DNA of 64,000 bases from Macrostomum hystrix (Eukaryota; Animalia; Platyhelminthes), in NCBI GenBank assembly GCA_950097015.1, contig CATNEN010000029.1:3534001-3598000 (forward strand), written 5' to 3'. Below the pieces are notes generated by a model. The model saw nothing but the letters and a program-made list of their open reading frames with translations, was not told the DNA's origin and did no database searches. The stretch's first letter is position 1. The number at the start of each line of letters is the position of its first letter. Both the position numbers and the translations under genes were made by a program. Positions 25,401 through 40,400 of this stretch are shown one piece after another.

Positions 25401-28400
25401 GTCCTCGCTCAAGTTGCGAGCTGTAACAAAATTATTGGAAAATAAAGACTAACGTTAGTTCATCTTTGGATATGTCTTAGCAGAGAAAGTAAGATTCTCG
25501 CTCGTTCGTCTCTGAAATTTACCTGGATAAGCATATGCCGGCTCAACAATCCTCATAAGCACCCTTCCACCCTCAAACATTGGTGACCACGAGATCCTGT
25601 CAGATGAGGTTGCCGACCCACTTCCGGTCATCTTGTTGTCATAGCAGCCCGATGACTTGTACCACCAACCGCTGCCTCCGGAAATGGCACAGCTCCTCTG
25701 TGGCCCGTTGTCGAATGTCGAGAACTGCGTCAAGTCGTGATTGGCCAGCCGCATGGAATCCGAGAACGCAGTGAAGCAGCTCTCGAAGTGTGCTTTGTAT
25801 CCTTCGTACACAGAGTCTATCCAGAAGCGATTGCACTCCACATACTGGAACTTGCCATTCTTGTCCCACATGTCGATGCGCAGTCGATACTTGTTGAAGA
25901 TGGACAGCGTGCGCATGGCTTCGGTGCCGATCCAGAAACTGCTGGAGTTGAGCAGACTCTCCATGTCGTAAAAGCCACGTCGATAGTCCTCAAAACTGCG
26001 GTTCATGCTCCAGGAGGCATTGAAGTTTTTGTAGATGACAATCCAATTGTCTTGACATTGAGCAGGCATGTTGCCATACAGTGAGTGAGGCACGTAAATT
26101 TCGGATCGATTGATGCAGCTCAGAGCATCCACTGGAAAGGAATTTTTAGCTTTAGTATTGACTCAATGTCTTAATACTGCAATTCATATGCTCACTAATT
26201 TTCCAAATATTGGAATTTTTTTATCGCATTCCACATATGCTAAGAGACATTTTTAAAGATTGGCAGATTTATTTACAAACAGTGATAGGACAAACACATG
26301 TAGCTCTAAATGCATTACAATTTCGTTCAGGCACTTACCGTTTACAGGACATCCAAAAACGTCAAACTTCATTGCTCTGGGATTTCCTGCTGGATTTGTC
26401 GTTACTTTCAGCCTGTTGGTGTAGAATGGCTTTCGTAGAATGTGGTTAAATGGACATGACAGATAGCCGCTTTGAACCGTTAAGGTGCTCTGAAAGTTAG
26501 GATGTCCGAAAGTGCTAGAAATCAGAATATTTTCTTCAATTAATTAATTATGCTTTGGCCTTCAGAGTGTCGCTTACAGCAGTCCCGCTAGACGAAAACG
26601 ATCCAGTCACCAATGTATTTCCTGCCTGAGTCAGATCAGAGTACTCGAGATCGAAGCCCGTGTATTCACGGTTTGTGCTTGAGCTCTCAATACCAGCACC
26701 ACTGGCTGACAGTGCTGTGAATAAGAAGGTCTGATTGAATGAGATCTGCAATGTACGAGGTAGAATATGGTAAACATTTATTCTGTGTCTGTGGACCACC
26801 AATGCATGTCTAGCTAGTCGATGTCTCGATTCGATCATAAAAAACGGTTCGAATGTGACATGAAAAACTTATAAATGACACAGAACAGCGGCCATGCTTA
26901 CCGTCACCCAGTCACCACTCCAAAATCCAGTCGTCAAATCCGGCACGATGGCCAGTGGAATTCCCGAAGCAGATCCCGCCCAGATGTTTCCACTGGCAAA
27001 GCTGAACGGAATCGAGTTATTCGGATCGAAAAAGTTTGTCCAGCAAGACTCTGAAAGACCGCAGGCGTTAAAAATGTTTGTTCTCAGTGGCTCCTTGACT
27101 AAAAGTGAAAAAGTCGAATTCAAAGCCATCATACCTCGACAGATTTGCTCAATCACGAAGCTCCCACTCTGCGAAGTTGTCGCAAAGCCGACGCTGAGAG
27201 AAGTCATGCGTGAGATGGTTGTCACCTGCTCTGTTGTAGCAATCATCTCCATTGTTCCGCAGATTTCCTTGTTGCTCTGACAATACTTGATGGTCTCCGC
27301 TACACGTCTCCATGGCTGAGAAACTTTTTCCAGCCCTGCCTGGCTCAGAGCTGTACTTTTCGAATCGAAATACACGTTGTACAGCATGTTGTCACACTGG
27401 CGACTCATCTTCTTTGCTAAAGAGGAATAAGTTTTTAATAGCCTGCAGAAAATATAAAGAATTCGATTCAAATGCAAGTCGTTTTATGATGGCTGTCGAA
27501 CATACCAGCCTCCACTTCGCACACTACGAAAGCACTCGTGCATGTAGCACTAGATTTCCAATTCTCAGTGAGCAAAGTAGAGTAAGCACATGTGTCTGCG
27601 GCTGCGGGCTCATCGAAGCGCCAGTTCTTCCACACAGGTGGCTGATTATTGTGTTCTAGAACCCACGCTCCAGTCGCGTTTTTAACTACTCCAATGTGAA
27701 CCATGTAGTTGTTGGCAGTGAAAGAATTGCTCACGCCACGAGACCTTAAAGTTTTCAGATAAAACTTTTTCTGACTATTGAGGAAGTCCTAGATAGTAGC
27801 TCGTATGATTTATTTGCAATAAAGATCAATTAAGTGCGATAGATCAATAGGTCTATATAGCAGAAATGAACAGGAAATTATTTTGCTTACTGCATGAGGT
27901 CAGCATATCCGATTCGAATGACAATATTGTCATAGAAACTGGTTGGCACAAAGAGGCGTCCTTTGCTAGCCCATGTCATGTTGGCACAATACTGCCTTGC
28001 GATCTCCCTGTGCACAGACGCCTGGTAGTCCGTGTAGTAGTGCACGCAGCGGCCATTGTAGTAGTAAAAGTTCTTTGGACACTCTGAATAGATAAATATA
28101 TGAATGTCTGTATCAGTATAAATATGAGAGCTGTACAAATATGAACACCAGGCTGTTTTACTGGGCGCTGGACTTGTTATGCAGTGATTTTGGTGCATCG
28201 CTACTGCATCTCTACTTTCCCGAGCATTCATTTCTAACTGATTATAGATAACACAAAGAACGAAGGTCTCGCTATCTTGTGTTTGTTCTTACAAGTACAT
28301 ATTGCCTAATCAAGAGGTAAACTGCTTCATGAAAATATAAGAGATATTCGGGCTCTTTGCCGAAACTACTTCCATCGCGAAGAACTCCGTTGTGGAGTTG

Positions 28401-31400
28401 CTAGTGTTCCACTGCGGCCACGAAAACGTCTTTGCTCTGAAAACTACCCTGATCTCAATGCGAAGCGGTTTCACAGCTATTTCACAGCGATATCGACAAC
28501 ATTTGTTGCTTCCTTGTCAGCAAGTTTACCTAGCGAAAAACATTTGGCTAAGCTTAACTTCAAGGTTACTATATATCGTAGAGAGGCCTCTCCACCATAA
28601 ACTATGCACTTCGGTCTGATGTCAGCCTGAGTTGCTGACACTAGATACATCGATAAATGAGCATAAGAGAATGTCTTACCGTCAGCTTCACGTCCATAGA
28701 AACTAAGACCAACGCTTGCACAGTAGTCTCCAAATAACTTTCGAACAACAATCTGGCCCGCAGTCACCGTGCGGTTCAGCCAGATATCAGTGTTCGTCGC
28801 CATTACCGACTTGTTCTAAAATCAAAATAAAAGTCCATCATTCCATAATTAGATAGAATTATGGAATGCATTCAGACTAAGCGTTTGTGTTTCTCTTACA
28901 TAGGACGCAACCAGGTTGTTGTTGAAGTCCAAGAAATCGAATTGCAGTGTTTGGTTTCTTGAACATCCCGTCGGGTAGAGGCTCACATTAGAGAGGTGAT
29001 GCACATTATCGAGAACAAATCGATATTCATTTCTGGCACCGCTCGTTATCCTGGCCTGGCTTGATAAAGAAGCGCCACTTTCTATCATTCTCGTGAAGCT
29101 TATAACTGGGCACTCTAAAATTATACGGATTAGGGTGTTTAAAATGTGATAATCACTTTTATTTGCCTTTTTGAATCAAAAGAGACAGAAAAAGTTTTTA
29201 CAAGACCTTCAGGAAATCCAAGGAATCCAAGACGCGAGATGCATAACGGATTGATCCCATTAGGTTTGTAGATCATGTACTTGGCGACAACTGGAGTCTG
29301 GAGATCCTGTCGGATCCATTGTTTGTCCTCTTGGTTTGCGAGGAACGTTGTGTTTCCTGTTTGCGAGCTGTTGATAGCTTGCATTGGAGCATCATCTGTC
29401 TGTCCATAGTACAGCTCATAGGATGTGACATAATATGAGCTTCCTCCAGCAGTCACAACTGCAAACACTCGCTGAGGAATCTCGAATGTTATAATCATGT
29501 AGGAGCCACCGCAGAATATTCTAAAGCCAGGCCGATAGTACACTCCATCGTAGCTAATGTCAGTGCCCCAGTTAAGATTGATGGATGTCACCACGTGGTC
29601 AGCATTGAAGTAATTTCCGATCTTGGTGGTCGACACCTGGTACGGGTGGTAGTAGATTTCTGGGAGAATGAGTGCGTAAGGCTCGGTCACGCAGCCGAAT
29701 ACTTCGAGTTTTCCAGCTGAGCGACCCGTGTTGGCCAGTGAGTAAACTCGCAGGAATGCAGCTTCGACTGACGGGATCAGGCGCTCAGTTGATGAGCCGC
29801 AGGAGTCCGGGGAGTTGTAGGGACCGAACAGGGTCTGTAAAAACGCAATCCATAAGTAAAGAAGCGTTGTAGTTTTGCTTTTTAGTGTCTTAAATGCTCG
29901 TGTGTAGCATAAACGAACTTTGGCGTTAAATGAAGAATCTTAAAATATTGGTATTACCATTATGTTAGTCTCGCTAAGAACCTTGATGGTTTTTACACTC
30001 GTAGTAATAAAATTTACTAAAAACTGTTGGAAGAAATTGCAAAATGAAACAAAAACCCCAGTTTGGAAGGATTTATAACTATCAGATTTTTTATACTAAA
30101 GGCTGGTATAATTTTTTTGCTTTCCTTTTTCAATATTTGATTCTAAAGCTTTTCTCTTCCCGAGCTTTTAGCCAAATTTTCTGAAGCGACGAAAGGCCCT
30201 CGTTAGGCTAAACGCGGCACTGCTTCCAAGAATTCTATTTTTTCCAATACGAGTACATGAACATACAAACATTTTAGGAGAATCAACGCTAGAGCATGGC
30301 GTTATTCCAAATGATTTTTAAGATTCTGTTGAAAACTAACTGAATTTTTCAGTCCTAAAATCTTTGGGGTTGAAAATGTGAAAGAAAGCATTGAGCTGTC
30401 AAGTGCATCACAAGGATCACTTATAGTTAGCCACTAGTAGTTAGCCACTAGTAGTTACTAGTACTTTTGTAGTACTAGGTGCATCACAGATCTACAACCT
30501 AGCCCTCTTTCGAAGTGTTCCGTTGAAAAATCCCCCCATCAAAATGTCAAAAACAACTTCAGGGTAAATTTACTCGTCTAAATCTCACTCAAGGCAACAA
30601 AATATACTATCCCAGGTTTAAAATATATCACATGAATTAGAAAATGTCAAACACGCTTCGATGGTATCACCTTTTCTTCGAGTACGATTGTACATACTGA
30701 AATGTAGCTATTTCCACCCCATGCGTTTTAACGCAGGCTACCAATGAGAGCTTAACAACACGCTATATATATATATAACATACGAAAGTGCGAAGCAGTC
30801 AACCTACCTTTTCCCACTCGGACTCCTGATCTCACTAGCAGACCAATCCAGAACTCTAACAGCCTATAGATTCGATTATTAGACAACAGACATTAGTCTT
30901 GAACCACAGCACATCGGACAAACCGGATAAGTATTTCAACCTTGACTGCTTCTTACTTAGTATACCGATTGCTTACCACCATTGTGATTGCCTGAATACC
31001 ATCAGTGATACGATTAGAAATATACTACGGGTGTGTCATAAGTAATGTCACTGTGGTTGTTGTGCGGGAACCCAAAGCAATAATCATCCAAATATATTAT
31101 ATTCTGAAAGTACATTTATTGAGAAGTTGCCACCACACCTGAGCAGCAATTTTAATGTCTATGGCCAAAACTGTCGCAAGAATTTGTTAATCAGATTTAG
31201 CAAGCGCAACACGATGAAATCTTTTTGCAACGAGCAAAACTCAACATGAATCACGACAAGACGCACATCCAGTTCTACGCTTTCATTCGCTTCAAGCTTG
31301 GAAAATCTGCACTTGAAGTAGAGGAGGATCTCCGGAACACACTGCCAGACAACTGCCCAACTCGCAGGACAATTTACAGGTGGTTTCAGAACTTTACTGA

Positions 31401-34400
31401 TCCTGGGTTCGAATTGGGAGATGCCGCCAGATCTGGACGACCATGTTCAACCAGGACAATAGAGAACATCGAAGTCATCAGCGACCTGGTCAAGGAAGAC
31501 CCGCGGCAGTCTGTCAGGGAGCTAGCGGACTGCTTGGAGATTGATTTCAAGACAGTCCATCGCATCTTGACAGAGGATCTCCATCTCCGAAACGTCTGCT
31601 CGGTCTGGGTGCCCCATGACCTCACTGCGGACCAACGTCAGGCCCGTGTGAACTGCGCCAATCAGATCCGCAAGGTGTTCAGCAGCCGGGGCTTGGATGA
31701 CATCCTAAACTGCCTGGTTGTTGAGGATGAGACCTGGCTCCACCTGGATGGCAAAAGCAGCAAGGCAGACAATTGCTGCTGGCTGGGAGCTGGGGACTCC
31801 AGGCTGACTGTGACCAGGAGGTCCATCTCAGACAAGAAGACCATGCTGCTGGTGGCATTCACGCCAAACAAACGAGTCTCCATCTGTACAACTCCGCCAA
31901 ACACCAAGGTCGATGGCCAGTACTTCATCGACTTTGTCCGACACACTGGGAACCTCTGGCGCACGCTCCGGTCAAACCCGATTCACCTGAACGAAGTTCT
32001 GTGGCAGATGGACAACGCACGGCCCCACACCTGTCAGGCTGTTTCGGATTTTCTGGCTGGACGGCGAGTAAATCTGCTCTGGCAGAGTCCCTACAGCCCA
32101 GACTTCAACTTGTGCGACAGGTTTCTCTTTAAATGGCTGAAGGCAGACTTTTCCCAGAGAAGTTTCGCAAACCATGATGAGGTCAAAGAAGCCGCGTTGC
32201 ACTGGTTCCGACAGCTGGAGGAAAAACACCTGCAGGCTGAGGTAGAGAAGCTGTACGAGCACTGCCAGAGGGGGATTGATATTGGGGGACACTATGTTGT
32301 TGATTGATACAGTTTCGTTCATCTGCGATTGTTAGTTGGTCTGTTTTACCCTCAGTGACATTACTTATGACACACCCGAAGTGTAAGCGATTGAAAAGCG
32401 CTTAAATCGGTTCTCCTTTCAATCAGCGACCTTCATCTGCATTTCGACCCACCCAGCGCTCAAAATAGACCTGAGCGAGCCAGACCGGCTGACCTGACGG
32501 CCTGGAAAGCAATGACGCAGAGACCGAGAACCTATGCACCCTATCAGCCTGCGAACTCGTGCCTAGAATGCTCGGGGCTGGTGTGTTGGGTTGGGGACCA
32601 TGGCAACGCGGGGCAGAGAGATAACTGCTTGTGTGTTATCTTTTATATCTCTCTCTCTGACCCCCCCCCCTACTGCTAAACACTGTACCTTATCGCTTGA
32701 ATATAAAATACACTGCTTCGTAGATATGCTCCTGCACTGAAGCTTTGAGATGTGAGTCTCACACTCATAATTGTTGGCCTCTGTGGTCAGTACGAGTTCA
32801 AGTCTTTCTGTTAGTGTCGGCAGAAGGTAGCAGGCAGCAAGAAAACCTGCTATACGAAGTAACAACTAAGAGAAGGTTAACACCGCTGGAAACTTAAGTT
32901 GAACTTGCCGCTCATTGACTCAACATAGGATATACGTATTTAGGACAGAGAGTTAGAGAGCATCGTAGAGAAGAAAACATTAAAGTATATCAATACAGTA
33001 CCTAATCGCTGCGGTATTCCAAGGTGTGGGCATTTACACCTAAGGTAAACCACCCATTTTGGCATTGACGTAACCTCGAACAAAATGCTAGTTTTCGGAT
33101 CTTGTTGTAATCTTTTATTGTGCGAGAAATCAGCAAATAAACGACACATGAATCTACCGTTAAACTTTCTGAGAGGCTCTCGAACTTGTGCCGACGCACT
33201 CCGTCTAGTCAGACGGCCAAAAAATCTTGATGTGATCAAAAAGTTTCAACGGGCTTGTTGGAAGCAAGGCTTGCAGGGGCATCCAAAGCACTAACAGCAT
33301 ATAATATTCATTTAAACCAACTCACCCGGTAGTGGTACATAGGCATGCTGTATCTGTACCAGTACAGACTGTCGTCTGAGTACTCCAGCACATAGCGCTG
33401 AATGAGTTCGCGTGCAGCACTGGGGTGGTAGCAGTGGGTGGATCCGATGGTAACGCTCTCGGCTCGCACTCGCCTGGAAAATGAAAGCTGTAGCCACTCG
33501 TCCAGATCCGTTGAGGCCGCCCTCCAGGAGCCGAGTGTCGGTCGGGGATCCTCTGGAAGTGAGAGCAGTGTTGCTCAAAGTCATTTCAAATGAAATCTAT
33601 CTACTCCTTTCCTTTATAACTTTCTTTAATTATGCTGCCAGGTGACATACTAATCGTAACTCGCATTGCGAAGTTTTGTCTGCTGCTGCGTATCGCTATC
33701 TAAGATGCTGTACGTATCTAAGATGCTGAACGTATCTAAGATGCTGTACGTATCTAAGATGCTGTACGTATCTAAGATGCTGTAAATATCTAAGATGCTG
33801 TACGTATCTAAGATGCTGTACGTATCTAAGATGCTGTACGTATCTAAGATGCTGTACGTATCTAAGATGCTGTACGTATCTAAGATGCTGTACGTATCTA
33901 AGATGCTGTACGTATCTAAGATGCTGTACGTATCTAAGATGCTGTACGTATCTAAGATGCTGTACGTATCTAAGATGCTGTACGTATCTAAGATGCTGTA
34001 CGTATCTAAGATGCTGTACGTATCTAAGATGCTGTACGTATCTAAGATGCTGCTCGTATAATCCTAAACGTTATGCGAAATCGGAATCAGAACATGGAAA
34101 TTGCGATCCAATGAAGATAGGATATTAACTTCTTGCCTGTTCTAATTAAAATATGCCTAAAATATGCCTTGCATGCACTCACACTGGCCTTAAACTGACG
34201 CATGAAATAGCAAACGAGTGTAAGGCCGCAACGCAGCATTCAAAAACTTTTTTGTACTTAAAAAGTCTAGCTTTCGCTTCGAGCGAATTGTTTGACATAA
34301 GTTATTACATCGGAACAATTCCGATTAAGATTGTTGTACGAGCGTAATTTAAAATTCACACAAATAACAGCATGCAACATGTAGTTACAAGTACGTGCTG

Positions 34401-37400
34401 GTAGTTTAAAGTAGTAGTGCACTTATGTTCGTACGCTCGTATTATAATTTTTAATTAACATCATAGTAAATGAAAAAATCGTAAAAACAATTTTGAACTT
34501 ACTTTCATCACAAAAATAGTAGTTACAATGGTTATATCCGGTCCCACTACTAGGGCAATTATTCTGATATGTTGAAGTCGGCATTCGACAATAATTGTTT
34601 GCGTCATAAAGGCTGCCGTCGACTACATCCTCGTGTGAAATGGAATCTATGCGCTGGGTCCACTTCGGGCATACGCCTCCTCCATTCTGAATAGTCCAGT
34701 GCTTGCCCGCATATGACAGGGCCTGAATGTTGTCTACTGCACAATACTGGCCTGAGTCAGTAGTGTTTGAGAAGGTGGCGTCACAGCAGATCCACATGAG
34801 AGTGTCAGTTCGATACCCATAGTTGTAGTAAGCCGAGTCATACTCATTGAACTGCCAGTCCTGGAAACAGCGAAGCCAGCTATCACCCGCTTGCCCGTTC
34901 ACGAGGGCATAGCAATCTGTCGTCGATCTAAAGTAAGAGAAGGCCGTCTCTTCATTCGACCAGGCTGTGTATCGGACGAACTCTGAATAGTAAGTGCTAG
35001 CACGACCTGGGAAGATGTTGAGCCTGCGCTCAAAGTAGCCAGGACATCGACTGGGCAGTGAGAGACAATCTGAAGTTTAAATATCATGAGGTTGTTGTTT
35101 TCATTTGCAAACTGTGACTGTGTCTAAACCAAAGCTAATTGTCTCACGAGAAAATATCTTTATAATACGAAGCTGGTGTCCAATTTAAACTGAAAGGAAA
35201 ATTTCATTCCTAGTAAAACTCGATGCTGTTATCAAAACTTGGATTCGGCAATAATATATCTAGAGTAAATACCAGTACCTCACTGACTTGATGAATCATT
35301 TCTCACTTAAATTACAGAAGCTAAGGAAGCGATTATGCTATAGCAAAGCCTATGAAGACATTTTTCAGTTTTTATTGCGTTAAGCTTACATGTCGTGTAC
35401 GGCGCGCACTCTCTGTGGGCCCAGTGACTTCTGAAGGTGTCAAACGATAGGCTGAACGCTTGCAGACAGAACAAAAATCCGTAGCTACCGTTTCCAAACA
35501 CTAGCGTCTCGCTACAAGAATTAAGCATGAAGCAACGATGATGAAAGGGTAATGAAGTTTGTTATATGAACCACTTCTATTGTCAATACTAACCTCGACA
35601 ACGATCGAACCGGATCATTGTTTGTTATTGGCGATGAGAACACGACTCGGTGACCCTCGATTACGACCAGTTGTGCGGGCGATCTCGTGACGGCCAAGCA
35701 GAAATAGTGCCAGAAGTATGTAGCCTTCAGATTTCCTGTCACCACAGTGGCAGCCCCAGATTGATGAATCACTCGGGCCTCAAAGTTGTTGGCGTTGGTG
35801 TACCGGAACTGCAGACTGTCCCCAGACGATCGCAGAACAGGCCTTGTGTAGTCATAGCTAGCGTTGAAGTAGCTGTAGAAACAAACTGTGTACTCGTTGC
35901 CGTCCATCTCCAGTGCACCACTGGCGGGCACCTCCAGAGTGCTGTTTGAGTTGCCAAGAAGAAAGAGAGCTCCGTTGGTTCTGAATGTGGGTCCACTGGC
36001 CCAGCTGATGTTCGAGCCGAGATCGCCATGTCGCATGCTGGATTGAATGTCATTTGCTTGAGTCTCTTGCACCAGTGGCCAGAAGCCAACACGATATTTG
36101 TTAAGTTGGACTGTTTGCGACTCGGGGTCTGTGAAATATTGCAAATATCGTAAAACTGCCTTAGTGCAGCTCTCTGTATTGAATAATAAAGTCAAAATTG
36201 AGAATTGAGTCAAAAACCAAAACTCTCACCCCATGACTGAACCTTGTAAGAAACACTGTTTGCAGAATAACGGAATAGTTCTGATTTTGACGTAACATTT
36301 GTTGTTAGTAGCCCTGGAACACCGTTCACCAACTGTAAATCACATGTCGTGTCTGAAAGAATGTTGGTATATGGTTTTAATCTAATTTTCAGAGCAGCAC
36401 CAATAGCAGCATTCCAAGATTGCTGTTTACAGAAAGGCACTTACTGTAAGTCAGCCACTGAAGCATGTTGTAGTTAGTGTTGAACCGATTGATCATCCCA
36501 TCGTTCGTGTGGGTTGCATTTTCGTCGCTGAACTTTGAGACAACGGGAATTCCAGTGAACACAGACTTGCATGTTGGTGCTAGCTCATGGAAGCAGTCAA
36601 AGAGCTGACGCAAGTGACTCAGTCCACTGTATGAAGCCATGTAATAATTATTGTCGTAGTACATCATGCGCTTGACGTATACCTTCCGAGCCTGTCTGTC
36701 CTGCTTCACATCTAAAAGTTAGATTGTTTGAATTCGTTTTGGTTCGAGCAAAATATATCTGATTCGACTAGGTTTGTTAGTTTCAATCGAGTGTGCTCAT
36801 CTCTTACAGTTTCTCGTGTACACAACAACTTCAGCAAACGAGAAGCAGCAGCTGAGTCTCTCGCGTCTCAGAATCACATAACGGCCATAGAATCCACACA
36901 TTATTTCGATTACATCTCCTGTGCTGAATGCTTGCGTCATCTTTTGACAGAGAATGGAGTAGAACATTGAGGCAGTGTAAGGATTGTCGCTCGTTGTCTG
37001 CGACACCCAGGCTTCATACTGCTGAGAATTTTCTAGAGAAATTAGAAAATTTACGGCTTCGAGAAGTGCACGTGATCGCATGTTTAGCATTGTCAATGTT
37101 CCTTATTGACAGGTAAAATAATTCGACTCACCGCTCGCATCAGTGCGGAGGTATATCCAAACTTCAGTCACGTACTGAACACTCAGCATGTCCACGCGCC
37201 ACCAATCGTACGTTGAGGATGAGGTGACCGGAGTCGACGAGAATATTTTCGATGCAGTGTTACGAGCGAAGTCTCCGTCATTGGCGGCAGTGGCGCTGTA
37301 TCCTGAGCGCAGATCGTAATAACTGACAGGATTTCCTGTAATATTGACGGGCGCTGCAACCATCGAGTATCCCGTGTTCAGTGCATTCACCTCACAGATG

Positions 37401-40400
37401 AACTGGTAGGCTGACTGGTATGTGTCACATTTGATATTGCGCCACGTTCCGCCCATGTCCAAGTCCATCATCAAGCATTCTTTGCCGGGACTGCTGTGGC
37501 GCCAGAACTTCCAGTCGACAAGGCTTCCGTCCCACCACTGCCACTGACCAGTTGTTCGGTTGTACTGCCCGTCGATGTGAACAAACTTGTGCAGTCCTTG
37601 GCCACTGAAGCACGCGTGATACGAATGTATTGGCAAATATCGGTACATTCCTAATGGGTGAGACATCAGAATATTCAGATTAAAAATATCCTACCTAGTG
37701 ATGGAGTTGAAAAACATGTAGTAGAAGAGCTGGTTCTCCAGCACAGTCTTCGGACTGGCCAAATGTCCGCTACCGTTCCAGTGCATCGACTCGCAGATCT
37801 CTTTAGCCAGCATTGGTGGTGCGACAGTGTGCGGGAAGGAGCTGTTCATGCCGTAGGGAACCCAGTAGCAGCTATCCTTGTGACGGAAGAAGCCAAACGG
37901 ACAGTCTAAAGGATATTAGTATTCTAGTAACATTGTTGTTGATTTAAAATGACGTTTTTTCTTTTTTGGTACTATTGGATCAGAAATGAAGAGTAGGACT
38001 ACCAAACCATTTTGCCACCCGTTTTCTATACTAAGGGGGATGAATTTCCTCCCTGAATTTTTTTTGGCAGCGCCTGAATGATAACAGCGTTGGGTGCTGA
38101 CTGATTGGTTGATAGACTAGATAATGGTTGCCCGTGGTTGAGCTGCGCTCAATATTTAGGTTTGATGAGTAAAATTGGAGAAATTCCTATCTCCACCATC
38201 GTGACCTATCTCCACCTCATGTTGCCCTTGAAGGTCTACCAGTCCGTCTAGATAAAGGTAGGTCACCACCGAAGACGTATATAATGCAGGCACATTCGGG
38301 TGACATGCTGATAAATTTTGAAAGCCTCGCAAGGCCGCACTGAGGCGCAGTGTTAATTCGTGTAAAGGGTTGTGGGAACTACACTAGCGCTTATGGGAAA
38401 AATCCGACCTTCGGCCATAACATTTGAATATCTTGACGGTCTGAAGAGCTGGGGACTTGATTCTTGTTCCAGAAGATGAGCAACAAAATTAAATTAGGGA
38501 TAAATCATCTAAAAACAATTGTTGCTCTCCAATTTGAGCCTCATGGCCTCAAAGTCTCACGGCTGTAAGTGTTTACCGTCTTTGATCATGCATCCACGGA
38601 AGAGAAAGGATGCCACAGTGGTGGGGCTCGTGATGAAGACGACGCGAACCTCATTCGTCCGAATTAAGTGTGGCAGGGACTGATTAAATCCGTTTGACGA
38701 GTCAAAAACCTGCAGTTGATGAGGTATGAAGCTGATGTCTTTTAGTCAGTATTTTACAAGAACTTCATCAGTTTAAATGCGAGGAAGTTATTTGTTTTTA
38801 TCTGTATATATTCTATATATTTATAAATTGGAACAGAAAAAACAGCAGAACGAATGTCCAATAATTTTGTACTCACCGTAACTTTTCCGAGCACAGTAAA
38901 GTTGACAAACTCCCAGGTGCGCATGTGCCTGAACTGGAGAATGAACTTAATAGGGCTGCTGGCATTCAACCCAAAACCAGAAATATGGTAGAAGTCGTTG
39001 TATCGATAGCCTATTGTGTCAATCGACGGATTTGAGAGTGTTGCCTGATTACTGTCAATTAAATCGCAATCTGAAAGTTTTAAACAAAGCAATTCTGGTT
39101 GAAATAAATCCATGCTTTCAATTTATTATGTAATTCAGTTCTTGTTGCTGATTCCGGCCCATTCAACGCACCGTCAGGATAGCCCAGGATCTCAAATTTT
39201 GCGACACGTCGAGTGTAGAAGTCAACTGGACGAAACTGGATAATCTTGGCCTTGAACGGCACAGAAACGTCCATCCTCAGCTGCATAGCGTCATTGTAGA
39301 ACTGATTGAACTGGTGCTGCAGGAGGAAGGATACAAAGGCCATATAATCTATTGTTTATCGAAAGAAAAAGGTTTGAACAAAAATCTCAAGTATTTACAT
39401 CAACGTAGCTGTTGCTCGTCTGAAATGACCGAACTGGAACTAGCGTTCTTGGATCATCACCGTAAAATATTTTGAAGCTCCGGACATAAGCACGCCAATA
39501 GCCTGTCCTGTCCATCACCGATGAGCCTTGAATAACGAATCCCAGGATTGTGTGGCTGACAGTCAAATAAATATTGATGGGGTACTCTGAAACGTGTTTG
39601 TGATGTGCATATTTTTGTGTCCTTTGCCTCCTAAACATATGGAGACATATGTCTCTCCTGAATTAATCAGCTCCTTGTTTATGCCGCGAACCTACCTGAG
39701 TGAAAAAACATTCCGGGCGGCTGACGAGGCTTCTTTGGTGCGTTAAGCCTAAACATGTACGGTGAGGGATAAATTGATGGATCCGCGTTGGATGGCAGCG
39801 GGGTGTCTTGTGGGTCCAGCTGGTTCAGCTCAATGATGCCGTCCTCCATGCCGATGGGATTTCCGATCAAGTGGAGCTGGCCTGAGAACAGTGCGATAAA
39901 ATCACAGGAATCAAACAACCCAATCAGAGAGATTTCTCAATATCGCAACTGGCGCACTCGTACTCACTGACTGCTGGGAAGCCGTAGGCCTCAAACTCTG
40001 CGAAGCTGAGCCGTCTTCTGTAGTCCGACAGCTTGCGGATTCCAGCAAAGTAAGCTACCTGAAGAGAAAGGGCTGTTTAATGAGACTCTTGAACTTACTT
40101 ATTGACAATCTGCTCATCGCACCTTGTCTGTATCGACAGTCCACACGTGCTCTCTCAGGTAGCCGCTGCCGCGGCTTTCGATCACTTGCACACTCGAGTG
40201 AGTGATAGACGACGAGTTCGATACAAAGATTTCCGCGAAGTCCAGCTCCTCATAGTCTGCGGGTTGGTGTCGGACGTAGTGTCAAAGGGGCTTCATTCGG
40301 CCGCACCAAAAAAGTCTTTTGGTGGGTAATTTACATGGTACTAAAATTTGCGAAAAAATAACATGGTATTCCTCGTTTTAATGTTAAATTCTTTAATCTT

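Noticed and set aside
31386-32322. Antisense and alternative-frame ORFs overlapping the transposase
   Set aside because: Shadows of a GC-rich coding sequence with no recognisable motifs
32690-32865. Hydrophobic, signal-peptide-like ORF (LLRIAGFLAACYLLPT) with AG/GT ends that might start a second gene and split the giant gene
   Set aside because: No ATG (in-frame stop immediately upstream), and the FA58C halves at 33328-33560 and 29837 join cleanly in phase 0 across it; cannot be fully excluded without cDNA
33312-33584. ORF-track product MTLSNTALTSRG...
   Set aside because: Wrong frame; the overlapping frame encodes a clear FA58C N-half
33697-34052. CRISPR-like array, or the (MLYVSK)n ORF at 33795-34061
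   Set aside because: Units are contiguous with no unique spacers, the DNA is eukaryotic and no cas genes are present; the ORF is a by-product of a stop-free 18-bp unit
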